A program made the translations under genes and the position numbers. This document shows positions 28,641-39,215 of a stretch of 64,000 nucleotides of DNA, one piece after another; within the stretch, counting starts at the first letter, position 1; each line of letters begins with the position of its first letter. Source of the stretch: Azolla caroliniana (taxonomy: Eukaryota; Plantae; Polypodiophyta); assembly GCA_043228905.1 (NCBI GenBank), contig JBHGNT010000015.1, positions 806,001-870,000 on the forward strand. The letters run 5' to 3'. The notes beneath the pieces were generated by a model, which was given only the letters and a program-made list of their open reading frames with translations, was not told the DNA's origin and did no database searches.

Positions 28641-31600
28641 TTACTGTGCAGTCGAAGCGCGACGAGGCGTGGACGACGGTTCCAGACGGGGGGATGACAC
28701 GGGCCTGGGCGTAGGCATGAGTGTGGGCGGGGGCGGTGGTAGTTGATGGAAGGGCTTCATGCGAGACTGGTGAGCAAAGGTAGAGCGGTTGTTGGAGGCG
28801 CGGCGGAGCAGGTATGTAGTGTCGCGTATCTGCTTTTGAACTTCGAAGGGACCGATCCATCGGTGCATGAGCGATTCGCTGAGACCGCGACGACGGATGG
28901 GGAAGTAGACGAGGACTTTGTCACCGATGTGGTATTGATGGTTGACACGGCCTATATCGTGTTGTCGTTTTTGGCGTAGTTGTGCCTGGTGCAGGTTGCT
29001 CGTGATGGCTTTGCGGAGGAGGGGCTGGAGTTGTTGTAGGTGGGACCACCAAGACACTCCGTCAGCGTGGAGTCGTGTGGTTGGTTGCGGGACTGCCACT
29101 TTTGGGGGTAAGCGCGGGTCCCTTCCGTAAAGGGCCCGAAATGGGCTAATGCGGGTAGAGGCTTGCACAGTTGTGTTGTAGGCATGCGTAACGAAGGGCA
29201 AGATTCGGTCCCAGGTTGAGTGCAGCGGATCGATGTAGGCTGAGATTTGTTGTTGTAAGGTTCGATTGAGGCGCTCTGTCAACCCATTCGTTTGCGGATG
29301 GTAGGGTGACATGAATAACTGTTGGATTCCTAGTTGTGTTGAAACGAGGCGTAGGAGCTCACCGTTGAACTGGGGTCCTCGATCGGACAAGATTTGGAGT
29401 GGGCAACCGTGGGGGAAGATGATTTTCTCCAATAGTTTGGAGGCGATGGTCATAGCCTTTGCATTTGGGATAGCGGCCGTCTCAGCCCAACGCGTCAAGT
29501 ACTCGGTGATGACGAGGATGAATTTGTTCCCTCCTTGTGACTCGGGAAAGGGGCCCATAATGTCCCATCCGACGATTTCAAATGGAGCTTGAACTTGTAT
29601 CGGATGTAAGAGGCCTTGAGCCACTTGAGGTGATTTGATGGCCTGACATAAGTTGCATGCTTTGATGTAGGAGGCGACCTCGTGGCGTAGCCCAGGCCAA
29701 TAGAATTTGCGACGAATTTTGTCGAGCACCTTATGAAAACCCAAGTGGCCGGACAACGGGTGATCGTGGAAGAAACGAAGGTAAGACTGGCGTAGTTGCT
29801 CAGGCACGTAGACTCGGGGTTCTTTGCCTACTTGACAAAAAAGTAGGACATTATCCTGGATCATGAATTGCTTGGTGAGGGATGATGTCGGTTCAGCTCG
29901 TAGGCGGTGGCAGATATCTTGGATTTGTTTGTCGTGTTGTTGCATGTTGGCCATTTGGGACGAGGATATGGGGAAATCGATTGTGTTGGAGGTGATCTGG
30001 TTCGCCTGAAAGGATATGCGGGATAATCCATTGGCGACGATGTTTTGTGGACCATGGCGATAGCGTAGAGTGAATGTGTAATCATGTAGCGCCAAAACCC
30101 AACGAAGTAAGCGGCCGGGTGGATGAGCCTTCTTTATGAGGGAGAGCAATGGCTGATGGTCTGTTTCGACTGATGTATTTGATCCGTGAAGGTATGGGTG
30201 GAAACGATGGAATGCCCAGACGATGGTGAGGAACTCTTTTTCAGTTGTCGAGTAATTTTGTTCGGCTTTGGTAAGTGACCGACTGATGTAGGCAATCGGG
30301 CGGAGTTGGTCGTTGTCGTCGGATTGGAGCAGGACCGCACCAAGGCCGACACTAGAGACATCCGTCTGCAGATGGAAAGGCTTCGTGAAATCAGGGTGGG
30401 CCAGGAGGTCAGAGGCTTGGAGTGTTCTCTTGAGCTGCAGGAAGCTAGATTCGCAGGCTTCGGTCCACAGGAAGGGTGCGTCTTTTTGTAGGAGCGCGCG
30501 TAGTGGGGCTGACAGGTCGGCTAGCCGTGGGATGAAACGAAGAGAGAACGTGAGGAGGCCGAGGAAGCGTTGAAGCTGCTTGACTGTGGTGGGGCGTGGG
30601 AATTTTTGGACTGCTTCTGTCTTCTCCGGGTCCATTTGTATTCCGTCAGAGGAGATGACGTACCCAAGGAAGCGGAGGCACGTACTACCCCATCGGCACT
30701 TCTTCCATTGCAGCTGCAATCGATAGCGTTGAACACAAGTTAGGACCTCCCGAAGGACTTGAAGGTGTTCTACCCAAGTGCTTGTATGTACCAGAATATC
30801 GTCTAGATAGACGATGACGACACGGCGGGTGATGAGATCATCGAAGATGGCATTAGCCATTCGCTGGAATGTGCTCCCCGCATCAGATAGGCCAAAGGGC
30901 ATCCGTGTGAACTGAAAAATGCCTTTCCTAGTGCGGAATGCAGTTTTGTGGGCATCGTGAGGATTCATCGGGATCTGCCAATATCCCGAGGCTAGATCGA
31001 GGGAGGTGAAGTACTTTGATTTGCCAAGCTGGTCGAGGAGGTCATCGATACGAGGGAGAGGGTATCGGTCATGGGTGGTGACATGGTTCAGTTGTCGGAA
31101 GTCAACACACAAGCGGTAAGAACCATCCCCTTTCTTTACCATGTGTGGCTCCGAGATCCACTCGCTCTTGGAAGGTGTGATAATCCCTTGTTGGAGCATA
31201 GTTTTGACGGCGTTGTCGATGCGCTCGTGGTCGAGAGGCGAGCGACGTCGGGGAGCTGCGTTGATGGGGCGGGCGTTGCCTGTAGGAATCGTGTGGTGAA
31301 TCGGAAAACGGACCGAGGGAGGTTTTACAGGTGGTGTAGACAACGAGGGAAAGGTGGCGAGGAGCCGTTTGATGTCGTTGATGCGCTCCGCCGGTGATAT
31401 CAGGTACTGTGTGTTGCTGATGTGGGTGGTATCCCGCGGAGTAGTGAAGAGCGCGATCGGAATGTGATTTGGGAGGATGAGCTGTTGTGCGGAGAAATCG
31501 AGACAGGCTCGACTATGGAGGAACCAATCACATCCCAAGGTGATTGGGAACAACTGGCACGGGAGGACGTAGAAACGATGGTGGATCTGGGCGGAACTAA

Positions 31601-31925
31601 TGGTGAGCATGCACCTGACTTGCGTATGTGAGTGGTACACCCGTTGTTGGTCGCCGAAGAGGATTTTAATGGGCGGTGCGTGGCTCGTGGGAAGTTGTAA
31701 TTGGGTGACTAAATCTGCGCTAATGGAAGAGATGCTGCTGCCGGAGTCGAGGAGAACTTCTTGGGTCGTGTGCTGGAGGCGGGCGATTGTGGTACAAACG
31801 GGCGAAGTTGATGAAGTGGAGGCGTGGACGTGCAGGGGCGGCTCGATCGTGGGAGAAACGGGAGAAGTTGAGGACGTGGAGACGTGGACGTGCGGGGGCG
31901 GCTCTCCCTGCGGCACCCCGCACAT
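28641..31925 (-). CDS. pol: Gypsy Pol (protease-RT-RNase H-integrase), 1094 aa open frame
   Basis: LLDSGS protease; YPLPRIDDLL, LDLASGYWQI and YLDD in RT; RNase H; HDHPLSGH..CNLC zinc finger; D-D-E (WDIMGP, SDRG, TER); GPF motif. Confidence 0.95.
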   Translation of the reverse strand: MCGVPQGEPPPHVHVSTSSTSPVSPTIEPPLHVHASTSSTSPVCTTIARLQHTTQEVLLDSGSSISSISADLVTQLQLPTSHAPPIKILFGDQQRVYHSHTQVRCMLTISSAQIHHRFYVLPCQLFPITLGCDWFLHSRACLDFSAQQLILPNHIPIALFTTPRDTTHISNTQYLISPAERINDIKRLLATFPSLSTPPVKPPSVRFPIHHTIPTGNARPINAAPRRRSPLDHERIDNAVKTMLQQGIITPSKSEWISEPHMVKKGDGSYRLCVDFRQLNHVTTHDRYPLPRIDDLLDQLGKSKYFTSLDLASGYWQIPMNPHDAHKTAFRTRKGIFQFTRMPFGLSDAGSTFQRMANAIFDDLITRRVVIVYLDDILVHTSTWVEHLQVLREVLTCVQRYRLQLQWKKCRWGSTCLRFLGYVISSDGIQMDPEKTEAVQKFPRPTTVKQLQRFLGLLTFSLRFIPRLADLSAPLRALLQKDAPFLWTEACESSFLQLKRTLQASDLLAHPDFTKPFHLQTDVSSVGLGAVLLQSDDNDQLRPIAYISRSLTKAEQNYSTTEKEFLTIVWAFHRFHPYLHGSNTSVETDHQPLLSLIKKAHPPGRLLRWVLALHDYTFTLRYRHGPQNIVANGLSRISFQANQITSNTIDFPISSSQMANMQQHDKQIQDICHRLRAEPTSSLTKQFMIQDNVLLFCQVGKEPRVYVPEQLRQSYLRFFHDHPLSGHLGFHKVLDKIRRKFYWPGLRHEVASYIKACNLCQAIKSPQVAQGLLHPIQVQAPFEIVGWDIMGPFPESQGGNKFILVITEYLTRWAETAAIPNAKAMTIASKLLEKIIFPHGCPLQILSDRGPQFNGELLRLVSTQLGIQQLFMSPYHPQTNGLTERLNRTLQQQISAYIDPLHSTWDRILPFVTHAYNTTVQASTRISPFRALYGRDPRLPPKVAVPQPTTRLHADGVSWWSHLQQLQPLLRKAITSNLHQAQLRQKRQHDIGRVNHQYHIGDKVLVYFPIRRRGLSESLMHRWIGPFEVQKQIRDTTYLLRRASNNRSTFAHQSRMKPFHQLPPPPPTLMPTPRPVSSPRLEPSSTPRRASTAQ

Positions 31926-32875
31926 TAGTTTTCCGGGAGCTCAGAGAGGGAGGCAGCGTCAGCTAATTGGACGTTCTGTTTCTGTTGGTGATTCTGCCAC
32001 TTTCGGTAGTGACGCCGAATGTGGCCATAGTTGTTGCAGTAGAAACATTTGGGGCGTCCCTGGCTGTCTCGTTCGGGCAATGCACGCTTGGCACGTAATT
32101 GCGCGTTCTGGATGTCGATGTCCATGGGAGTGACGGCTGGTATAGTGTTTGTATGATCATGACTGAGATTACCTGGTGTGTGCATGTCGTGCGCGTCTGT
32201 AGCTTCGATGCGTTGGGCAGTGAGGATGGCTTCGTGTAGTGTCGTCGGGCCTTGATCGCGTACACGGCGGCGGAGGTCATGTCGTATACGCGGCCAGAAA
32301 AAAAACAACTTCATGTCCTCCGACATGTTGGCGTCAGCCCGGCATAGGATCTGCACAAAACGAACCGCGAACTGGGTGATGGGTTCGCGTGGTTGTTGGG
32401 TAATTGACTCAAGTTGTTGTAGGGCCGTCTGGCGGGAGTCTTGATGAGCAAAATTCCGAATCATGGCTGCCCGTAACAGATCCCAGTCGTTGCGTGTCTC
32501 TTCGGGTTGTTGTACAAGCCATGTTGCCGCGATATTCTCGAGGAGTGTCTTCATCTCCATTGCCTTCCGAGGGTGTGGCCACTGGTGGTAACTGGCCACC
32601 ATTTCGAAATGATCCAGCCAAGAGAGGACGTCTTCCGATGGTAGGCCGGCGAACGGTTTTGGGCGAACTCAAGAGTCCGGGAGATTTTGTTGTGGCTCAG
32701 ATCGTGCTGAAAGAAAGGACAACATGGCTTGGTTAGTATGGTTAACTTGTAAAATGATGTTGGACAAAGCTTGAACCAGTTGGTCGATTGGCGATGTGGG
32801 CTGGTGTCCTTGATTGTGTTGTAGGAATTCCGGATTCATCGAGTTTGCGTTGCCGTCGTTGTTGTCGTGTTGCAT
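31925..32875 (-). pseudogene. gag: Gypsy gag with one in-frame premature stop and a damaged zinc knuckle
   Basis: ATG at 32875; TGA at 32671-32669 is in frame with the downstream VRPKPFAG..WLDHFEMVA. PMDID motif; knuckle CFYCNNYGHIRRHY has Tyr in place of the last Cys. Confidence 0.9.
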
Positions 32876-33539
32876 CGTGGCGGGCGTTGTTGGGGTCGTG
32901 AGTTGGGGTGGCTTGGCCCGTCTTCTCCACCAAGATGTGAAATGCTCAAGATGTGAAATGCTCTCAAGAATAGCCCTCTTTTCATTATGTCTCAAGTTAC
33001 ATTTTATAGACTCTCTCTTAGCGTGGAGGGTGTTCTCCCGCTCCAATTAGCTCTACTAATTATGGAGCTTGGTGGGGGCCTAGTTTGGGTGTGGTGCATG
33101 AGGCTTGGTAGGGGCCTAATTTGGGTGTGGTCTATGTGTGGTGCATGGGGCTTGGTAGGGGCCTAATCTAGGTGTGGTTCATGTGACCACCACATTATTA
33201 TTATTATTTATTTCCGTTTTTTTTCTTAACCCTTGTTTATTTATTTATTTTGCTTTTCATTGTTTTTATTGAAATTTAACTTTTCTTTTTCTTTTTTCTT
33301 TTTTTCTTTTTTTCTTTTTTTCTTTTTTCTTTTTTCTTCTTTTTTTAATCTACTATTAGTTTTTAGATTGTTATTTTGCTCCTTTTTTAAATCCTTTTAG
33401 TATTTTATTTATTTCTACTATTTTGCTTCTTTTTCTTATGTTCTAATATTTAATAATAAAAAATTGGCCACAATCATCATTAAGTATACTGTATAATAAT
33501 GGTTTCCACTATTGGTGACAACTCTCCAAGTAACCTAAA

Positions 33540-34448
33540 ATTGTTGGACAATATCCAAGGAAAGTATACACCAAATTCAGCGACTGGTATGTTACTCCCT
33601 CTTGGAGAACACCTTCGATTACTCCTCCTGAGTAATCCGGTCAGGCAATCATGGTGTGTACGAGACTAGTGGCCCAAGTGGTGGTTGGATCGTTTACGAC
33701 AATTGAGATGGGCGCTTCGAGCATTGGCTACAACTGATTCGTAGTTAACGCCTTATGGACCAAACGTATGTAGGAAACAATAGATCAAAACGAGACAGAC
33801 ACAGAGATGACCCAAAAAGTATATGTATTCAATTATAATTGCATACACTACAATACAATAAAATACCGAGTAAAATCAATAACACTCACTCACTGAGTTC
33901 TAATCTAGACCTAGGCTGCTTAGTCTGCTCTACGGACTCCTATGCAATATCTTTTGTCTCTGATTCCGATCCCCCTTGTTGTTTTCGCCACTTCTCGATA
34001 TATATAGCTTTCTCCTAGCTCTGCGCTTTCCAACTACATCTCCTTGATATTCGGCTCCTACCTTCGGTTATTCTTGTGAGTCGGCTTCTTTTGGTCTTTT
34101 CACATTTGTCTTGCGCATCCCTTTCACCTTTGTCCTTCGCAATCCTTTTCACACTTTGTTCTTGGTATCCCATGGATAACACCTAGCACACCCGTGGGAT
34201 AATGCCTTGCACGTCGAACTCGAAAATGGACCAAAAATCGGAGTTCAAAAGAATCGAAGACATTGCCAGCCGAAAAAAAATCGAAAGAATCGAAAAAATT
34301 GCTATGGTACATTAGTCCTCCTCCAAATTTGGCATAATGCCTTCCACCTACTTCGACTCATCTGGTTTGAGGTTTGCCGAGAGATCGGCCCTTTGATTTT
34401 GCTCTTCATTCTCCAGGATGGTCGCTGTCATCGCCTCTCGTTCGTCTG
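33540..34448 (-). mobile_element. Probable 3' LTR and 3' internal end of the decayed Gypsy seen at 47161-51790
   Basis: LTR-like composition with a TATATA tract near 33998-34006; minus-strand acidic ORF tail (DEREAMTATILENEEQ...EED*) at 34311-34448, in the same orientation as the extra ORF at 47.2-49.0 kb. Boundaries uncertain. Confidence 0.45.
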
Positions 34449-37400
34449 TGTTGAGAATCAAGCTCAACTTGGTCTAGTGTGTGAACTCACCTTGAGAGTG
34501 AATAGACACTCCAACGGTCAAGAGTCACCATTATGTCAACACTTTGTATTCTAGCATTTAGTATGAATCATATAATCATATTCTATGACACATAACTTAT
34601 GAGCTTTCACATTCCCCATGCTCCATGAGTCTTGTAGTTAATGAAGAGAGAGGGTGACTATATAAAGCACCCTCCTCCCACCTTGTAGGATGTTGAGTCT
34701 TTCTCCTTTGTTAACATACTTTACCTTGCGTATTCTCTGTCTTACTCCTGGTCTCTCTCACTCTCTCTCACTCTCTCATACACACACACAGTTCATATCT
34801 ATTCCGCTGCACAAACACGTCTCTTGATTCTTTACATGGTATCAGAGCGACTTGGTAGCTCGATCTAGCCCATCCGCGTGCGTTGTGTCCTACGCCGATG
34901 ACCAAGAACCGGCTCATCGCTATCGTAGCTTTGCTACATAGCTCGCATTCGAAGAGAGAAGAAAAAGAAGAAAAAGAAAAAGAATCGACATAATGAATAC
35001 TCAAATGGGGAGTGCTCTCCCTACCGAGAAGTTGGATCGAAACAACTTCGCATCTTAGGAGTACAAGATGCACCAATACCTTGTCGGACAAGGCTATTGG
35101 AGCTACATCAAAGGAGTGCACGAAGACCGACCCGTCGAAACGGCTCCCAAAAACGCGACATGGGAGCAAGCCGCAAGCCACGTGATGTATTGCTTGGCGA
35201 CATGTGTTCACGATCACATGCTCGGCTACATTCATGAAGCCAAGACGCCGAAGGTGGATGGGAAAATCTACGAAAGATTTTCGCGGCGAAGAAGGCTTCA
35301 ACTCCTCCAAGAGTTGAACAACATTCAACAAAGGGACATGTCCATCACGACATACACCTTGAAGATCCAGGAGCTTTGCGACTCGCTTGGCTCGATAAGC
35401 GTAAATATCGATGATGATGAGATGGTGCAAATATGCCTCAGCGGCCTCGCACCACGGTTTGGCGTGATGCGAACCGTCGTTCTAGCAAGGGAGAAATCTC
35501 CCTCCTTCTTCGAGCTCCAATCAATGCTATTGGTCGAAGAAAACCACGTGCGTACAAGGAGCAATGAGTCGGAAGGCCACATGCTCTACACACACTCGAA
35601 CGGAGGAAGAGGACACGGACGAGCGAGAGGCCGATTCGGCCAAGGACAAGGCAGACGAAGTCTAACCTACGACAACAACTCCCAATTTCGGCCGCAAAAC
35701 GGAAGCCAATGAGGAACCTTCGCAAGAAGGGGGAGCTTCCACTCCGGCCCGAGCCGTCAAAACGCAACCTAATGCGGATATTGCGGAAAGCTCGACCACC
35801 ACGAAGAAGAGTGCCAAAAGAAGATGCGCGAATCAACTTCCACAAGCCGACAACTCACGAATTACGCGCACAATTCCGACTACGAAGAGTATAGCGGAAT
35901 GTACGGGCACAACTCCGACTACGAAGATCGTGGCGGAATGTTCATGATGAAACATAGAGCAAACTCTATGTCGGCCTCTACCTCAACTAGTGCCCTCAAT
36001 CCAGAGAACGTATGGTTTGTTGACTCCGGAGCCTCCAACCATATGATATCTCATAAAGAATGGTTTCTTGAACTTCGAGAGCCGGAGCGACCCGGTTATG
36101 TCGAAACCGGAGATGATACTACGCACCCGATTCAGCACATCAGCAATGTTCCGTTCGGCGAAAGAGGTAAGCAAACATATATTAAAAATGTCTTACATGT
36201 TCCCACCATCACGAAGAATTTGGTCTCGGTCGGCCAAATGGTTGAGCAAGGGATGCAAGTACGATTCGACCAAGAAGGGTGCTTCATTGAAAAAGAGGGT
36301 CGAATCATCACGCGCAGAAGAAGAGAGGGTCAGATGTTCATTCTCGATTCACACGAGATGAAATCCGCCATGTTCGCAAAAAGCACGAAAGCTGACTCTG
36401 ACATAGAGCTATGGCACAAGCGAATCAGCCACATCAATCTCAACAAACTCAAAGCAATGAAATCAAAAGGAGTCGTCATCGAACTCCCGACATTCAAAGA
36501 GAAGGAGATTGAAGGTGTATGTAAAGCGTGCCAATTCGGCAAGCAACACCGACACCCATTCCCAAAAGAGTGGAACGTGAGCAAAGGTCCACTCGACGTA
36601 GTCCATTCCGACGTATGGGGACCGACGCATATGGCTACATTCGGCGAATGCCGATATTACGTGCTCTTCATCGACGACTTCTCCAGGCACACATGGCTCT
36701 ATCCGATGCGGCAAAAGAGCGAAGTGTTTGGACACTTCCAAAGGTTTAAAAACGAAGTCGAAAAAACCATTGGTCGTCATGTACGATGCCTTCGATCGGA
36801 TGGCGGCAATGAGTACTTCTCGGACGATTTCATGGCGTATCTATGAAAGGAAGGAATTCGGTGAGCATTCACTTGCCGACACACTCCGCAACAAAACAGT
36901 GTAGCCGAGCGCAAAAATCGGCACATCCTCGAAGTAGCGTGGGTCATGCTGAACGAGAAGCATATGCCCAAGTCATATTCGGCCGAAGCTGCAAATACAA
37001 TCGTCTACCTAATGAATTGGTGTCATGATGTGGCGTGCTCGAGAGTGGGAAATACCAGTGAAAGGGGGGGGTAAAAAATGAGCATGTGCAATGTGTGTGC
37101 ACACAAAAGCGATTAATTGTGCATATGCAAAATAAAATGGAAAAGAAAGGGTGAAAAGGAGGTATAGAAGCTCGTGCAAAAAGTAAGAGAGAGGAGAGAT
37201 AAAAGGTAGAGGGGAGACAGGCTATGAATTTATAGAGATAGAATTATATATTATATAAGATAGAGTTAGTGGGCTAGTGGATAGTCACATTGATTACTAG
37301 CTAGAGGTGCATGGTTTGAATTTGGACTTATAGTGCAACGTGATTTAAGGAATTTTATTCCTTTTTTATTGAAGACAAATTTGGCGACCCCCCTTTCTTT

Positions 37401-37900
37401 TTTTCCTATAAAAGGAGGTCGAGGGGGGCTCAATCGGGAGGACGTTTTGGGAGGAGGAGACTATCGCCAATTTTCCTTCAAACCTCTTCATCTCCTTATT
37501 CACCCCTTCTCTTCATCTCATACCCCTTCATCCCCCCATCGCCACGTGCTCGTCTTCTTCGTGTCGGCACTCGAAGTGCTCGTGAGACCAAGCTTCGTTG
37601 GTTCGATGTTGCGAGCCTCGTTCGTCGTTGCGAGCCCATGTGCTCGTCGTTCGGGTGGTCGTGGTTCGTTGGGATTGGCATTTTGGTGGTGCTCGTGTGT
37701 TCATCTTCGTTGTGTTCGGATTTGCTTTTGTCTCTAAGGGCATTTAATATTTATGTTTTGATTGAGCTTGTGGTTAACTATAAGTTGCCATTGTAAACAA
37801 AACCCTATTTTATAAAGGGTCCTCTTGAGTTGGAATCGAACACGTATTTATCTCTTTGGTCGATATCATTCGTGTTTTTTCTCTCCTTCTTTCTTTATTC

Positions 37901-38500
37901 GTGTCTTCCTTGTACGTTCGGTCGTCTTCTGAAGACGGGACCGTTCGGGCTTGCCCATGCACCTCTCCTCCTCATAAAGGCGTACGAGCATTTTGTGTGT
38001 GTTTGTGTCTTCCTTGTACGTTCGGTCATCTTGTGAAGAGGGGACCGTTCGGGCTTGCCCATGCACCTCTCCTCCTCATAAAGGCGTACGAGCATTTGTG
38101 TGTGTGTTTGTGTCTTCCTTGTACGTTCGGTCGTCTTGTGACGAGGGAGCGTTTCGGGCGTGCCCATGCACCTCTCCTCCTTATAAAGACGTACGAGCAT
38201 TTTGTGCGTGTGTTTGTGTCTTCCTTGTACGTTCGGCCGTCTCGTGACGAGGGACCGTTTCGGGCTTGCCCATGCATCTCTCCTCCTCATAAAGGCGTAC
38301 AAGCATTTTGTGTGTGTGTTTGTGTCTTCCTTGTACGTTCGGCCGTCTCGTGACGAGGGAGCGTTTCGGGCTTGCCCATGCACCTCTCCTCCTCATAAAG
38401 GCGTACGAGCATTTGTGTCTTCCTCGTATGTTCGACGTTGTCGTGTTGTCACGCACTTTGCATGTAGAAAGAGGCGGGACCACGGGGGCCTTGAACCGAG

Positions 38501-38531
<31 letters not shown>

Positions 38532-39215
38532 GCAGATACGTAGAAGCGAGAAGGAGAGAGAAAGAACGGAAGACTTAATTACAATAACAGTCGATTACAA
38601 TATCAAGAGATTACAAACTCTGACGGTTACAACCGGCAAGCCGGCGATGGACCCGACACGAGGACCCTACTCACGCACACAAACGGAACACACTGGACCC
38701 AGAAAAACGTAGAAGGGAGAGCCTCTGCTGGCAACGCACAGGCTACCCATGAAGCAGAGTCGTTGAACTCCCAGCACCCACAGAGAATGACGGTCGGAGG
38801 AGGAGAGAGAGCTCGACACTCGGTCCTGCAGCACTTTGTCCTCGCTAACGCGCGATGCCATTTTCTCCCTTCTCTCCCTCCTTAAATAGTTCGCCCAAAA
38901 GGGGAGACCCTTCTTCCCTAGTCAAATCGCTTTATTCCCTGTCCCTTTCGACAACGATACGCAAAAATTCCCTAATAAATGCGTACTACCTAGTATTTAC
39001 ATCAGCCGACCTAATTATGAATTATGTACAAAATATTAATTCTCACGTCCACCCATGTAAGAGCCGATTCATGCGCCTTTTTCTCCGATTGCACCTATGG
39101 CCGGTTTTCTTCACGACAACGTCTTGTGACGAGGGAGCGTTCGGGCGTGTCCATGTACCTCTCCTCATAAAGACGTACGGACATTCGTGTTTGTGTTATC
39201 GTCCCCTTGTGCGTT
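37901..39215. repeat. ~105-bp tandem array, five units plus a sixth split by insert C
   Basis: Units gtgtcttccttgtacgttcgg...cccatgcacctctcctcctcataaaggcgtacgagcatttt start at 37901, 38005, 38110, 38216, 38322 and 38415; the last resumes at 39119. Confidence 0.95.
38439..39118 (-). mobile_element. Solo LTR C (680 bp) nested in insert B, inverted
   Basis: Termini TGTCGTG...CACGACA; TSD ACGT (38435-38438 / 39119-39122); removing it restores a repeat unit; minus-strand TATTTAA near 38882-38888. Confidence 0.85.

Larger units (their letters stand above)
28376..33194 (-). mobile_element. Full-length young Ty3/Gypsy LTR retrotransposon (4.8 kb, no chromodomain)
   Basis: 243-bp TG...CA LTRs at 28376-28618 and 32952-33194 with 2 mismatches by eye. 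TSD TTAT (28372-28375 / 33195-33198). PBS TGGTGGAGAAGACGGG reading down from 32932. PPT AAGGGGGAAT at 28619-28628. gag and pol ORFs present. Confidence 0.97.

Noticed and set aside
37901-38438. 105-bp array as a CRISPR array
   Set aside because: No unique spacers, whole units repeat, no cas genes, eukaryotic LTR context.
37901-38438. Hammerhead or twister ribozyme (retrozyme) in the repeat unit: minus strand GGGCAAGCCC-GAAA-CG..CGTC, also CAAGCCCG and CGGTCCC
   Set aside because: No CUGANGA core next to the stem, GAAA is GAAC in two units, and the twister-like words are in the wrong order. An Infernal/Rfam scan would settle it.
37830-38712. Many overlapping ORFs on both strands
   Set aside because: By-products of the GC-rich tandem array; no domain motifs.
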